The position numbers and the translations under genes were made by a program. From NCBI RefSeq assembly GCF_009914755.1, contig NC_060936.1: DNA of 64,000 nucleotides; one strand, 5' to 3'. Positions 12,751 through 33,929 of the stretch are shown here, piece by piece (the stretch's first letter is position 1; each line of letters starts with the position of its first letter). The stretch comes from the human T2T-CHM13v2.0 reference genome, Homo sapiens. The notes beneath the pieces were generated by a model. That model made no database searches, was not told where the DNA came from, and saw only the letters and a program-made list of their open reading frames with translations.

Positions 12751-13530
12751 AGGATTAGAATAACCGATGCTTGACATTGATTTCAAATAAATTTCATGTC
12801 TCTGTCTGTATGAAGTGGTTTTTAACCCTTTGGGGATCCAAGACTCCTTTGAGACTGACAAAAGCTTAGAGGCCTTCTCCACCCCTCACCCCCCTCCCCG
12901 GAAAACTCATCCCTGAATCGCACAATTTCGTGCGTAGACTCACTCCAGTATTTAAGGGAAGCACCTACTATGCGCCACTCACTGTTCCAAGCGCTGAGGA
13001 TACAAGAATTGAACTTGGCAAAGTTTCTACCCCCTGGAGTTTACGGGACAATTTTAGATCCTCCTTCGACCCCACCCCCAGCCCATCCTTGGATCCGATT
13101 GAAATGTAACCATCCAGTGTATTTTGGATTTGGATTAGATGAATAACCTGAAGGTTGTGGGGTTTTTTGGGGTTTTTTTTTTTTTTAATCTTGGAGTTCT
13201 GCCGAAGTAGTAAAGCTCGTTAAAATACATAAGATGCCCACCCTTTTCTGTTGTTTTTAATCGTCATGGTTTGCAGATTTAATTAGACACAGGCGTGCAA
13301 GCATCATCTCCGGATCTGATGACAAAGGCACCCACCTAGGGATGCCCACCCAGGCCTGCTTCTTCCTTTAGGACCAAAGGCGCAGGCGACGACACCCCCT
13401 CCCCAGCTTAACCCCCATCCTTGAGATCAGCTGTAGGCCAGCACTAGCGAAGAATGCTCAGTGAAACCTTATTCCATGAATAAATTAATGCCACCCATGT
13501 GGCTGGTCCCGGGCGCCCAGTCCTTTAGAG

Positions 13531-13850
13531 CAGCGCAGTCCAATGGAAATAGAATGCCAGCCACATAGCTAATTTTCAATTTTTCAGTAGTCACATTTGA
13601 GAAAGTCAAAAAACACTGGTGAAATTGATTTTAACATGTTTTATTTAATACAATAGCTCCAGAACAGCGTGATTTCACTATATAATGAATTGAAAGGAAT
13701 TATTAATAAGACACTTTACATTCTCTTATCATACGAAGTCTTCGCAATCCAGTGTGTGTTTTATACTTACAACGCATTTTAATTCAGACTAGCCACGTTT
13801 CAGCGCTCAGTAGCCACCATAGCTAGGGGTCACCGTATTGAACAGTGCAG
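13531..13850. mobile_element. MER33-like hAT-Charlie DNA transposon
   Basis: Terminal inverted repeats CAGCGCAGTCCAAT ... ATTGAACAGTGCAG; ~320 bp AT-rich interior. Confidence 0.8.
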
Positions 13851-14323
13851 GGCTGCAGCTACTAGCGGAGGGCTCCTGCGACGGACACACCGGGTACTGA
13901 CTCTGACTCCCCCACCCACTGGCTGTTTGACTAGGCCTCCATTTCTTCGGGGCAAGAATCCAGATCTCAGTGGCAGGCCCGGTCCTTTCTATGAGTGCTC
14001 TGAACCGATCTATTTCCATATTGTTATTTAAGAACCGGGGTCTCCCTCTGTCACCCAGGCTGGAGTGCAGTGGCTTGATCGTAGCTCACTGTAGTCTTGA
14101 ACTATTGGGCTCAAGTGATCCTCCCGCCTCCACCTCCATCTCAAAGCACTGGGATAACAGGCGTCAGCCAATAGCGTTGTATTTTTTCCATTGTCCCCAC
14201 TCCTCGCTGTAAGTCCATGGCATCATTTTAAAACTGTTGGCCGAGCACAGTGGCTAACGCCTGTAACCCCAACACTTTGGGAGGCCGAGGCGGGCAGATC
14301 ACGAGGTCGGGAGATCGAGACTA

Positions 14324-14531
<208 letters not shown>

Positions 14532-14995
14532 TCAGCTCACGCCTGTAATCCCAGCACTTTGGGAGGGCGAGGCAGGCGGATCACCTGAGGTCAGGAGATC
14601 CAGACTAGCTTGGCCAACATAGTGAAACCCCATCTTAACTAAAATTACAAAAAGTAGGCGGGCGTGGTGGTGCGTGCCTGTAGTCCCAGCTACTCGAGAG
14701 GCTGAGGCAGAATTGCTTGAACCGACGAGGCGGAGGTTGCAGTGAGCCAAGATCGAGCCACTGCACTCAAACCCGGGTGACGGTGAGACTCCGTCACAAA
14801 GAAAAAAAAAAAGTTTCAGCTGGGCACGATGGCTCACTTCTGTAATCCCAGCACTATGGAAGACCAAGGCAGGCAGATCAATTGAGCCCAGGGGTTCAAG
14901 ACCAGCATGGGCAGCATAGAAAGAACCCATGTCGCCAGGCCCGGTGGCTCACACCTGTAATCCCAGCACTTTGGGAGGCCGAGGCAGGCGGATCA

Positions 14996-15865
<870 letters not shown>

Positions 15866-16057
15866 TCACTGACCCACAATGGCACCATTGCTCCAGCCTG
15901 GGCGATAGAGCAAAACTGTGTCTCAAAAGAAAAAAGAAAGAAAAGAAAAAAATCTTTTCGTTTTTTATTCTAATCGAGATATTATTCACTTAGCATAAAA
16001 TTCATCCTTTAAAAGTATGCAACTTAAGAGGCCGGGCGCGGTGGCTCACGCCTGTTA

Positions 16058-16406
<349 letters not shown>

Positions 16407-16846
16407 TCAGGAGATCAAGACCATCCTGGCCAACATGGTGAAACCCCGTCTCTACTAAAATACAAAAACAAACAAAAAAAAGAAAGCCGGGCCGTGGTGG
16501 TGCGCGCCTGTAATCCCAGCACTTTGTGAGGTTGAGGAAGGCGGATCTCTTCAGCCCAGGAGTTTGAGACCAGCCTAGGAAACATAACAAGACCACATCT
16601 CTACTAAAAATACAGACATTAGCCGAGAGCGGAGGCTAACCTGTAGTCCCAGCTACTTAGGAGGCTGAGGTAGGAGGATCACCCTAACCTCGGGGAGGTT
16701 GAGGCTGCAGTGAGCCAAGATCACGGCATTGCACTCCAGCCTGGGTGATAGTGAGACGCTGTCCCCTCACCCCCCAAAAAAGTATATAATTCAGTGATTT
16801 TTAGCATATTTGCAGTTGTGCAACTATCACCACTATCTAATTCTAG

Positions 16847-17089
<243 letters not shown>

Positions 17090-17245
17090 TAGCCAGGATG
17101 GTCTTGATCTCCTGACCTCGTGATCCGCCCGACTCGGCCTCCCAAAGTGCTGGGATCACAGGCGTAAGCCACCGCGCCTGGCCTAATTCTAGAACATTAT
17201 CACCCTGTTTTATTTTATTATTTATTTTTATTTTTATATTTTTGA

Positions 17246-17350
<105 letters not shown>

Positions 17351-18142
17351 TAGCTGGGATTACAAGCACCCGCCACCACGCTCCGCTAATTTTGTTATTT
17401 TGGGTAGAGATGGGGTTTCGCCATGTTAGCCAGGCTGGTCTCGAACTCCTGACCTCAGGTGATCCGCCCGCCTTGGCCTCCCAACATGCTGGGATTACAG
17501 GGGTGAGCCACTGCTCCCGGCCCACCCCATTTGATATTTATTTATTTATTCATTTATTTAGAGACAAAGTCTCAATCTGTCGCCCAGGCTGGAGTGCAGT
17601 GGCAGGATCTCAGCTCACTGTAAGCTCTGCCTCCCAGGTTCACGCCATTCTCCTGCCTCAGCCTCCTGAGTAGCTGGGACTACAGGTGCCCGCCACCACA
17701 CCCAGCTAATTTTTTTTGTATTTTTAGTAGAGACGGGGTTTCACTGTGTTAGCCAGGATGCTCTCGATCTCCTGACCTTGTGATCCGCACTCCTCGGCCT
17801 CCTAAAGTGCTGGGATTACAGGTGTGAGCCACTGCGCCTGGCCTATTTATTTTTTATTTTATTTTATTTATTTATTTATTTATGTTTGTTTTTTAGAGGG
17901 AGTTTCGCTCTATCGCCCAGGCTGGAGTGCAGTGGCATGATCTCAGCTCACTGCACTTGCCTTCTGGGTTGAAGTGACTCTCATCCCTCAGTTTCCTGAG
18001 TAGCTGGGATTATAGGCGCCCGCCACCATGCACAGATAATTTTTGTATTTTTAGTAGAAATGGGGTTTCACCATATTGGCCAGGCTGGTCTCAAACTCCT
18101 CGCCTCAAACGATCTGCCTGCCTTGGCCTCCCAAAGTGTTGA

Positions 18143-19105
<963 letters not shown>

Positions 19106-19641
19106 TTTTTTTTTTTTTTTTTTTTTTAAGAGACAGAGTCTCTGTCACCCAGGCTGGAGTGCAATGACATGATCCTAGCTCCCTGCAACCTCGAACTCTT
19201 GGGCTCAAGCAATCCTCCTGCATCAGCCTCTCAAATAGCTTGGACTACAGGCATAGGCTACCACAACTGGCTAATTTTTGTATTTTTTTAAATTTCTTTT
19301 GAACAAATGTATTACTCCAGAATTTTTTTTTTTTTTTTTAAGGAACAGGGGGCTGGTCTTGAACTCTTTTTTTTTTGAGACCAAGTCTCACTCTGTCACC
19401 CAGGCTAGAGTGCAGTGGTACGATCTCGGCTCATGGCAATCCCCACCTCCCAGGTTGAAGTGATTCTCCTGCCTCAGCCTCCCGAGTAGCTGGGATTACA
19501 GGCATGCGCCACCACACCTGGCTAATTTTTGTATTTTTAGTAGGGGTGGGGTTTCACCATGTTGGTCAGGCTGGTCTCGAACTCCTGACCTCAGGTGATC
19601 CCCTGCCTCGGGCTCCCAAAATGCTGGGATTACAGGTGTGA

Positions 19642-19874
<233 letters not shown>

Positions 19875-19995
19875 TAGTAGAGACGAGGTTTCACCATGTT
19901 AGCCAGGATGGTTTTGATCTCCTGACCTTGTGATCTGCCCGCCTCAGCCTCCCAAAGTGCTGTATTACAGGTGTGAGCCACCACGCCTGGCCTAG

Positions 19996-20799
<804 letters not shown>

Positions 20800-21272
20800 T
20801 AGAGATGGGGTTTCACAATGTTGGCCAGGCTGGTCTTGAACTCCTGACCTCAGGTGATTCACCTGCCTCAGCCTCCTAAAGCATTTTTAGTTATTTTTTG
20901 TATATGGTGTGAGATGGATCCAAATTCATTCTTTACATGTGCATATCAGCACTTTTTTTTTTCGAGATGGAGTCTCACTCTGTCACCCAGACTGGAGTGC
21001 AGTGGCGTGATCTCGGCTCACTGCAACCTCTGCCTCCTGGGTTCAAGCAATTCTCTCCCTCGGCCTCCCGAGTAGCTGGGATTACAGGTGCCCGCCACCA
21101 CGCCCGGCTAATTTTTTTGTATTTTTAGTAGAGACAGGGTTTCACCATCTTAGCCAGGCTGGTCTTGAACTTCTCTCAGCACATTTTGTTGAAAAAACTA
21201 TTCCTTTCCGGCTGGGCACGGTGGCTCACACCTGTAATCCCAGCACTTTGGGAGGCCGAGGCGGGCGGATCA

Positions 21273-22025
<753 letters not shown>

Positions 22026-22058
22026 TTTCTTTATTTTTATTTATTTATTTATTTTTGA

Positions 22059-22256
<198 letters not shown>

Positions 22257-22765
22257 TGAACTCCTGACCTCAAGTGATCTGCCTGCCTCAGCTTCCCAAA
22301 GTGCTGGGATTGCAGGTGTGAGCCACTGCACCTGGCCTTTTTGTATTTTTAGTAGAGGTGAGATTTCACCATGTTGCCCAGACTGGTCTTGCACTCCTGG
22401 GCTCAAGCAATCCTCCGGCCTCTGCCTCCCAAAGTGCTGGGACATGAGCCATTGTGCCTGGCCTTAGAGTGTTTCTTTACTGGTTTAATGGATATTTCAC
22501 AGAGTGGCTTACCAGGGAGCAAGCAGGTAAATGGAGAGAGAAGGAAAGCCCAGGGAATTAGTGTAGTATGAAGAACATCAGGAGACACAAGCTTTAGCTC
22601 CACATCTGCCGTAAACCCTTCTCTAGGCCTCAAAGAACTCGCTTGACATCCCCAGGCCTTAGTTTCATCTGTAAGATCAGGGAGGTTTGATAGGATGGAT
22701 CACTAAGGATTCTCTCAACACTTCACATCCTAAGAAGACAGGTAACACGCACGCCATTTTCTCTA

Positions 22766-23392
<627 letters not shown>

Positions 23393-23469
23393 TGAGCTAC
23401 CGTACCAGGTCAACCTTTATTTTTTTGAAAATATCTTTTTTTCCCCCCAGTATTGTAAGATTTAGGTCT

Positions 23470-23588
23470 AGCCTATGGCACCTAGTATCCCGAGGTGGTC
23501 TGCCATCCAAGTACTAACCAAGCCTCGCACTGCTTAGTTTCCAAGATCAGCTGAGACCAAGGACGTTCAGGGAAATATGGCCATAGAG
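23470..23588 (-). pseudogene. 5S rRNA pseudogene (RNA5SP type)
   Basis: Reverse complement aligns end to end with 5S rRNA (..TATGGCCATA..CCCTGAACG..GATCTTGGAAACTAAGCAG..GGTTAGTACTTGGATGG..TAGGCT) with many substitutions. Confidence 0.93.
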
Positions 23589-24448
23589 AAAGCCCTTACA
23601 TTATTCTGGAACTGATTCCAACACTGAAAAACATTCTGAAGCAATCAGCTCCAACGAGGACTGTGCCTACCCCAGGTAATGAGAATGGTGACCCACAGGA
23701 GGGAATATTAGAGCTTCTATTTATATGGGACATACAGCGTACGTATCAGGACAGCAGCTGCTATAGCTTACAAGTCAATTAATAAGCAGTGCTGGAGGTG
23801 GAGGTATGCACTGGAAACTTTTTTTTTTTTTTCCAGGCAGTGTCCTTCGCTCTGTCACCCAGGCTGGAGTGTAGTGGCACTGTCTTGGCTCACTGCAGCC
23901 TCCGCCTCCCGGGCTCAAGAAATCCTCCCACCCCCACCTCCCAAGTAGCTAGGGCTACAGGGGTGCCCCACCACGCCCAACTAATGTTTGTATTTTTTGT
24001 AGGGATGGGGTCTTGCCCTGTTGCCCAGGCTGGTCTTGAACTCCTGGGCTCGAGATCTTCCCACCTAGGCCTCCCAAAGTTCTGAGATTACAGGCGTGAG
24101 CCACTGTACCCTGCCTAGAAATCTTTTGAATCTGGAGTATGTGACCAAAAAGGCTTGAAGACCACTGATGTAAGAAACTAGTCACGTAGGCGGCCAGACC
24201 CATCATTTCACAACCTAACAAATAGGTGGGTGAAGTATCATGACTAAGACATCGCAGTTGCTGATTCCAGGATGGTTTGTGCGCTGGGGACATACAACAA
24301 TTCCTTCTATCAGTTTGGGCTATGACCAGGGGTCTACTCCCAAATTTACTTATTTTTTATTTTTTTGACCTCCCGAGCTCACAAAATCCTCCCACCTCAG
24401 CCTCCCGAGTAGCTGGGACCACAGGTATAAGCCACCATGCCCCGTTAA

Positions 24449-24580
<132 letters not shown>

Positions 24581-24959
24581 TAATTTTCAGTTTTGTTTCT
24601 GCCATTATTCTTGTTTTTTTTTTTTTTTTTTGAGATGGAGTCTCGCTTTGTCACTCAGGCTGGAGTGCAGTGGCGCAATCTTGCGAGGCTCACTGTGAGC
24701 TCCGCCTCCCGGGTTCACGCCATTCTCCTGCCTCAGCCTCCCAAGTAGCTGGGATTACAGGCATGTGCCACCACCAGCTAATTTTTGTATTTTTTCAGTA
24801 GAGACAGGGTTTCATCGTGTTAGCCAGGATGGTCTTGATCTCCTGACCTCGTGATCCGCCCACCTCGGCCTTCCAAAGTGCTGGGATTACAGGCGTGAGC
24901 CACCGCGCCCGGCCTATTCTTGGTTTTTTTTGTTTGTTTTGTTTTTTTTTTTGAGATAA

Positions 24960-25154
<195 letters not shown>

Positions 25155-25255
25155 TGAACTCCTGAGCTCAGGCAATCTACCTGCCTTGCCCTCCCAAAAT
25201 GCTAGGATTACAGGCGTGAGCCACCGTGCCCGGCCCATTATTCTTGTTTTTAGAC

Positions 25256-25831
<576 letters not shown>

Positions 25832-26498
25832 TAATTTTTGCATTTTTAGTAGAGACAGGGTTTCACCATGTTGGCCAGGCTGGTCCCGAACTCCTGACCT
25901 CAAGTGATCAGCCCGCCTCAGTCTTCCAGTGTTGGGATTACAGGCATGAGCCACTGCGCCTGGCCACAAATTTGTTTCTTAAGCCTATTTCCCCATAGGC
26001 AGGGAAAAAAAATGGGACATTTGAGGACACAATAAACCTATCTTCATAAAGGTACCTCCAAATAAGATACACACAAAAAGCAGAAACTGTGGGAACAGAA
26101 AGCTAAACAGAAATCCAGCATCAATGCAGGAATTGAGAGCTTTGTACAATTTACCTGTATCCAGGAGTAGAGGTGGAAGAGACTGTAGGGCCTCTTGTTC
26201 CTACCACCAGTTTAGGTATCTTCACAAAACACGACTTACAGGTTCATGCTGTTGAATTTCCTACAATTAATATGGTTTGGGCCAGGCGCAGTGGCTCACG
26301 CCTATAATCCCAGCACTTCGGGAGGCCGAGGTGGGTGGATCACGAGGTCAGGAGTTCGAGACCAACCTTGCCAACATGGTGAAATCCCATCTTTACTAAA
26401 AATACAGAGCGAGACTCTGTCTCAAAAAGAGAAAAAAAAAGTTACATGAAGTATTCAGACTAATTTAACAGGCACCTAGCTATCCTACCTTTGCATGA

Positions 26499-26633
<135 letters not shown>

Positions 26634-26966
26634 TGAGTACCTGGGATTACAGTAGGTGCCCGCCACCAAGCCCAGCTAGTTTTTGTATTTTTAGTAGAGA
26701 CAGGGTTTTGCCATGTTGGCCAGGCTGGTCTTGAACTCCTGACCTCATGTTGATCCTCCCACCTCAGCCTACCAAAGTGCTGGGCTTACAGGTGTGAGCC
26801 ACTGTGCCTGGCCACAGTGATATTTCTTTACTGAAAGATGATGATGGCCAGGGACAGTGGCTCACGCCTGTAATCCCAACACTTTGGGAGGCCGAGGCAG
26901 GCGGATCACCTGAGGTCAGGAGTTCAAGACCAGCCTGCCCAACATGGTGAAAGCCCGTCTCTACTA

Positions 26967-27158
<192 letters not shown>

Positions 27159-27539
27159 TCAGACCCAATAGTGTGGCCCTTGCCCCTCTCAACCCAGTAA
27201 GGCACTTACCACCCAGAGTGGGCAGCGTTAGAGGATGGAGCCAACTTACTGAGAATCGGACTCTAAAAATAAGCATTCGGCACATTTCTTTTAGCCTCTT
27301 CTCTCTCATAAAGGCCTCCACAGATGGCTTCTTTACATCATGCTCTCAAATGACTAGCTGATAAATATTCATACTTATGGAAATTGTATTGTACATACTC
27401 CAAACGCCCAGCCAGTTAACATTTGTATCTTCTGTATCTCGGGGGTGGTGCCCTTTGTTCATATGTAAAAAGCACACATGCACATGTATACACACACACA
27501 CACAACCAGCTTTCTCCTCTATGACTAATTTGCCTAGAG

Positions 27540-27750
27540 CAGTGATTCTCAACCAGGATTGATTTTGCCCCCCAGGAGACATTTGCCAACGTCTGGAGAG
27601 ATTTTGGGTTGTTAAAAATGTGGGGATGATGTGTGCTCCTGGCATCTGTGGGTGGAGGCCAGTGATGCTGTTCAACATCCGACAGTGCCCAGGATACCTC
27701 CACTGCAAAGAATGACTTGGCTCAAATGTCAACAGGGCCCAGGCCAACCC
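27540..27750 (+). mobile_element. MER20 DNA transposon
   Basis: CAGTGATTCTCAACC..TTTTGCCCCCCAGGAGACATTTG..CAAATGTCAACAG matches the consensus. Confidence 0.85.
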
Positions 27751-28152
27751 AAGGTGAAGCAAAAACAAGACTGAGGGAGAGCAAAACCCCAAGGGAAGGA
27801 AGGTCAAAGCAGCCTGGAATTCTAACAGAAAAACACAAGGGGGCTGGCGGAGGCACGATCCAAAGTTTGCTTTCATCTTTTACCCTCTAAGACTGGGTCT
27901 TACTCTGTCACCCAGATTGGAGTGCAGTGGAGCAATCATGGCTCACTGCAGCCTCCACCTCCCCAGCTCAGGCAATCCTCCTGCCCCTCAGCCTCCCAAG
28001 TAGCTGGGACTACAGGCACGTGGCACCATGCCCAGCTAATTTTATTTTTGTAGAAGCAGGGTTTTGCCATGTTGGCCAGGCTGGTCTCAAACTCCTGGCC
28101 TCAAGTGATCCACCCGCCTTGGCCTCCCAAAGTGTTGGGATTACAGGCATGA

Positions 28153-28376
<224 letters not shown>

Positions 28377-28852
28377 TAGACAGGATGGTCTCGATCTCCT
28401 GACCTCATGATCTGCCCGCCTCGGCCTCCCAAAGTGCTGGAATTAAATGCCTAAACCACCATGCCCGGCCTTCGGCCATTATTTCTTACTCAAATTAATA
28501 CTCAGCAGGGTGCTCACACATGTAATCCCAGCACTTTGGGTGGCCAAGGTAGGTGGATCACTTGAGGCCAAGAGTTCGAGATCAGCCTGGCCAACATGGC
28601 GAAACCCAACCTCTAATAAAAACACAAAAATTAGCTGGGCATGGTGGCGGGCGCCTGTAATCCCAGATACTTGGGAGGCGGAGGCAGGAGAATCCCTTGA
28701 ACTCGGGAGACAGGTTGCAGTGAGCCGAGATAACGCCACTGCACTCCAGCCTGGGCGACGGAGTGAGACTCTGTCTCAAAAAAACAAAACAAAACAAAAC
28801 AAAAAAAAAAACAAAAAACATATAAATACCCAATTTATTTTTTATTTTTTGA

Positions 28853-29008
<156 letters not shown>

Positions 29009-29676
29009 TAGTAGAGACGAGGGTTCACCACGATGACCAGGCTGGTCTTGAACTCCTGACCTCAGGTGATCCGCCCGCCTCGACCTCCCAAAGTGCTGGG
29101 ATTACAGGTGTAAGCCACCGTGCCTGGCCAATGCACAATTTATTAAGGTTATACATTTAAAAACCTGTTTCTTTCAATTTTCAAACTCAAAAATACTGAA
29201 TCAAATTTTAGTTAAAACACTTCCTTTTGACTTGTTCCTCAATTAATGCTCAATTATCTCATATATTCAGGAGGTTAAATCCCCCCTAAACATTAATGCT
29301 ATTTACAAATTTGATCGAATACCCTTACGCATTTCAAGCTAAAATTTGAACATCCTTCTCCCAAGTATTTGAAATAATCACAGAGAAACTCCCAGACAAG
29401 CCATGCACTAAACGCTGCTCAGATTCCCACTCGCATCCCAGCCCTTTCTCCCTCCCACCGCCTTCCGCAGCAGTCCAAGACAGCAGCCCACTCCGGGCCC
29501 ACACACTGCACCTGGGCTGGGCACCGCCCCACCCTGGCTGGCTCCCTGACTCAGTGCCTGTGCCATCTGCAAAGGCACGGTGACAGCACTTACATTTTAT
29601 AAAGACACTATGAAGATGTTCATGAGATCTGCGAAGACAGCGCGCAAAGAAAGCACAACCCGTGACTCGTATTTAA

Positions 29677-29682
29677 TTTATT
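29677..29682 (-). terminator. SBNO1 distal polyadenylation signal AATAAA
   Basis: TTTATT on +; U-rich upstream tract and GU-rich downstream sequence on the minus strand. Confidence 0.75.
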
Positions 29683-31296
29683 TAGAATCTTACAAAAACA
29701 AAAAACAAAACAAAAACCACCACAACAGAAAAAAAAACTAAATACAGAATTTGTTACGCTTCACGGTTGATCGTTTTTACTTGCAAGAGTAAATAAACCT
29801 TGCTAAAATGCAGCCAGTACATTTTTATTGCATGAGACCAAATTTTTCAGTTACATATCAAAAATGATTGGGATAATCAATTCCGGACGCTTGGTACCGT
29901 GCTCCCACGAAAGGCTGGATGCAGCAATGCAGTATCATTGGAACAGGGCGCACCCTTCACACACTGATGGACACGCTACAACAGGAGCGATAACAAAAGG
30001 GAGATTTAAAAAAGAGAACCAAATGAAAACACACCAAGAGCTGACATCCACCTTTGTTTCAAGTTGTCTTTGGATCCCATCAGATGTTGTCTCCAGATGC
30101 ACCATGTCAGATTAGTAAAGGAGAACCATCTACACCTACATAGAAAAGTATCCTTTGCTCAGAGGAGGTAGAACCTGGCCAAAGTTTTATTGCAGAGATA
30201 CAGTGTACCTCTTCCCACCTCTCATGGATGATGGAAGATACAAGTGGTTATTGAAAAATCATATCAGTAGTTTGCAAATTCAGTATAAACCATGAACAGG
30301 ATATTTTTCTGATAGCGGTGAGACTGCAATGTGCTATGTAGAAAAAAAGCTCTCTCTGCCCCATAAAGTGGGAGTCAGAAAGAGGGCTCAAGCTTCTTTA
30401 TCCTCTTCAGTGCCATAAATACTGTCACAGCAAAAAGGCCTTCAGTGTCTGCTGGCCAGAAACATCTGCCCAGGCACAAATGGGCCACAAGGGCAGGGTA
30501 CTGGTTAGGGGCCCGCAGTGGAAAAGCCAGACAGGTTCTCACCAGGGGCCTGCAGAGTGGCCTTCACTCTGGAGGACGCCTGAATTACAAGTATCAAAAA
30601 GAACCCGCCTTTTTGGGCTTCTTCTTTTCCTTGCTTAGCCCTGCACTAAGGGGCAGTCTTGCTGGACGGTGCCCTGCCACGTTGCGGCAGCCCAGATGGC
30701 CGCACTGCCAACCACAGCACGGCTTCCCCATGGGCGCCAGAGGGAGACTGAGCAAGGAGGGTCTGCGTGGAGGATGCACACTGGAGGCAATCTGTGACAG
30801 GCCCCAATTCACGACAAATTTAGTTCCCAAGACTGATCCAAATACAGAATGCTTTTACATTTTTCACCAAGTCTACCAAGTTGAATAGTAATGAATGAAA
30901 CTTGTACATGAATGAAAAGGCCCCAAAGACGCTCACGGCAATCCTTGAAAGTTATAAAGGAACATTTTCTTACAGGTGCAAAATTGTGAACAAATACCCA
31001 ATGTCTGCCTCCCGGGTGCTCAACACCATCATTTTGATGAACCATCCGGGTCTTCCCAACTCGAATTATTAAAAACGCCTCGATCCCGCTCTGCTTCTAG
31101 GCTTACGGCTGATGTAGACAAGATCCACTCACCGATACAAGGGTGGAGAGCACAGCCGTTCAGGGTACCCCAGGGACCAGTGCTGCAATGGGAATCTGCT
31201 TGTCTCACCCTCCAGCAGAGTCAGCCTAGGAGGCTCCAGAGCAGTTGCTTGGCTCTCTTTTGGAGGACAATTGTTCCTTAATGTACATTCTCTCTC

Positions 31297-31626
<330 letters not shown>

Positions 31627-33719
31627 TCAATAACACACTAGGCCTGCCTCCTGCCTGCTATAAATATCCTCAACAGGTTATAAACAGCAGCAGGCTACCT
31701 GTGTTCATTGCAAGTAAATTACTCATCATTTGTAGGTTAAAAGCATAGGCCCGACTTCTTAAATAAACATAGGGAATTTGCTGCAGCAGCAGGCCAGAAA
31801 CCACTGTTTCAAATCTGCAAGATTTTCCTATCAGGTGGGAAGACAGAGATAAGAAATATGGTAAGGCCTGAAAAATTGCAAAAGTAGAAGCAAGTCAGGT
31901 TTGCTGATCTAAGAGCTAAGTTTGATCCCAAATGCACTGAAGAAGTTAGAGGAGCTTAAAGAAGTCTCAGGAAGCATTTTTTAAAATGTGAAAACATCAG
32001 GCTCACTATAGCTTCCAAAGAACAACATAAACGAGCATCAGCAGTCATACAATGACAGTATCAGAAATGGCACTCAAGTGCATCCCCCCAGTACAATGCA
32101 TTGCACACAACACAATAAGACATAGTAAAAAACATTAACACAAAACAGGAATTCTACAGCAAAGATGCAAAACTGAATTCTAAAATACAGGAACAAATAC
32201 TTTTCTAAATGAAAAGTTTTCCATACTTTTCTTAAAAAAAAAAAAAAAAAAAGTCATAAGATGCCCCATATGGGAAAGTCAAGAAAAGAATAAATAGAGC
32301 TGAAGGGAAGAGGGAAAAGGGAGAAACAGGTGGGCAGAGTCCCAATTTACAAGAATTATTTACATTCAGAATCCAGAAGAACTCAACATTTCTCTATATA
32401 TACATTTATGTACATATATATAAATACAGCACAAAATTAGAGGGTGGGTTTTGGATTTTATCTCAAGTACTCAAAAAAAAAATGCTAGCGAGCTTGAGTT
32501 GCAGGTATTTAGGTGTGTTTCTGTCACTTAAAAGACACTGCATTTGTATCAGACAACTGGCATTCAATGAGACATTTTTTTTTTTTTTTGCAGTTTTTGC
32601 TCTCAGCTGTAGCCCTGACATGAAACGCTTGCTACGTTTCTGCAGCAAAGTGGGCCGAGCGCAGTACGCACAGGTGTGGTGTTAGCCAGGGAGACCGAAG
32701 CCACACAGAAGGGGAGTCAGTAAATGTCCATCTCCACGGTGTCTGCCTTTGCCATTGGGAGGCCTGAACTAATCAAACGTTCATTAATAGGATCCCAGCC
32801 TAACAGCAACGCTTATGTAGCACCATTCTTAGAAACTACCAAGTATCACACAGGTACATGTGTATGGGGACCTTCCTCTTGACTGCTTGTCAAGAAAAGG
32901 ATCCAGAGGGAACTTCTGCCCCTACTTCCATGAAGTGAGATGCAACAATCATTTCCAATCTATTTTTTTATCTCATGCTAAAATGAAAGTGGAGGGGAGA
33001 GGGAAGAAGGCTCCCATTCTACAATTATAAATGCTGTCCTGGTAGCCTTTCTTCTCTTGCCGGCTAACAATTGTTCTAACAGCATCCCATGGAGGCCAGC
33101 AAATGAATGCCCCAGGGACTACAGCCAGAAAATTGTGCCTGTAAAATATCATATTCCTCTGGAGCTTGGTAATATAGAAATTTTACCTCTACAGATGAGG
33201 CAAACTAAAATATTGTTGTAACTCAAAAAGGCTTCTGAAGTGCTGAGTTAGAATAAATATATATAGATACATACACACACTACATTGCTTTGGATGCAGG
33301 TTCTTACTAATTTATATACACATGTAAAGAGAAGATACTGAAGTGTCTAACTGTAATTTAGCAGCAGAAAAAGAAAACTGCTTAACATATTTGCTTCTTA
33401 ATCAAGTTGTGTTTAAAGAAATGCATTAATACTCCTATGAATTTGTATCATTGATAGTGTATCTGGATAATCCCAGTAACTACAGACAGAGACCTTGTGG
33501 TATGGAGGTTGCTAAATGAGGGGAACACTAATTCCCCCAGAGATAACATCTGAGCTGCTTTAGACTCTGGAAGTGGTTTTCAGTACAATTGACGCTGTAA
33601 ACTCTGAAAACACGAACATGATTTCCAACCAAATCTTTGTGCTCAGAGCCATATTGCTAAAAAGAAAAAGGCATTGCAGAGGCAAAGTGGACATGGGGTT
33701 AATTAAACAAGGCCTCTGA

Positions 33720-33929
<210 letters not shown>

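Noticed and set aside
10983-12758. Several long overlapping ORFs (e.g. 383 aa)
   Set aside because: Stop-codon depletion in a CpG island; Arg/Pro/Gly/Ala low complexity in all frames
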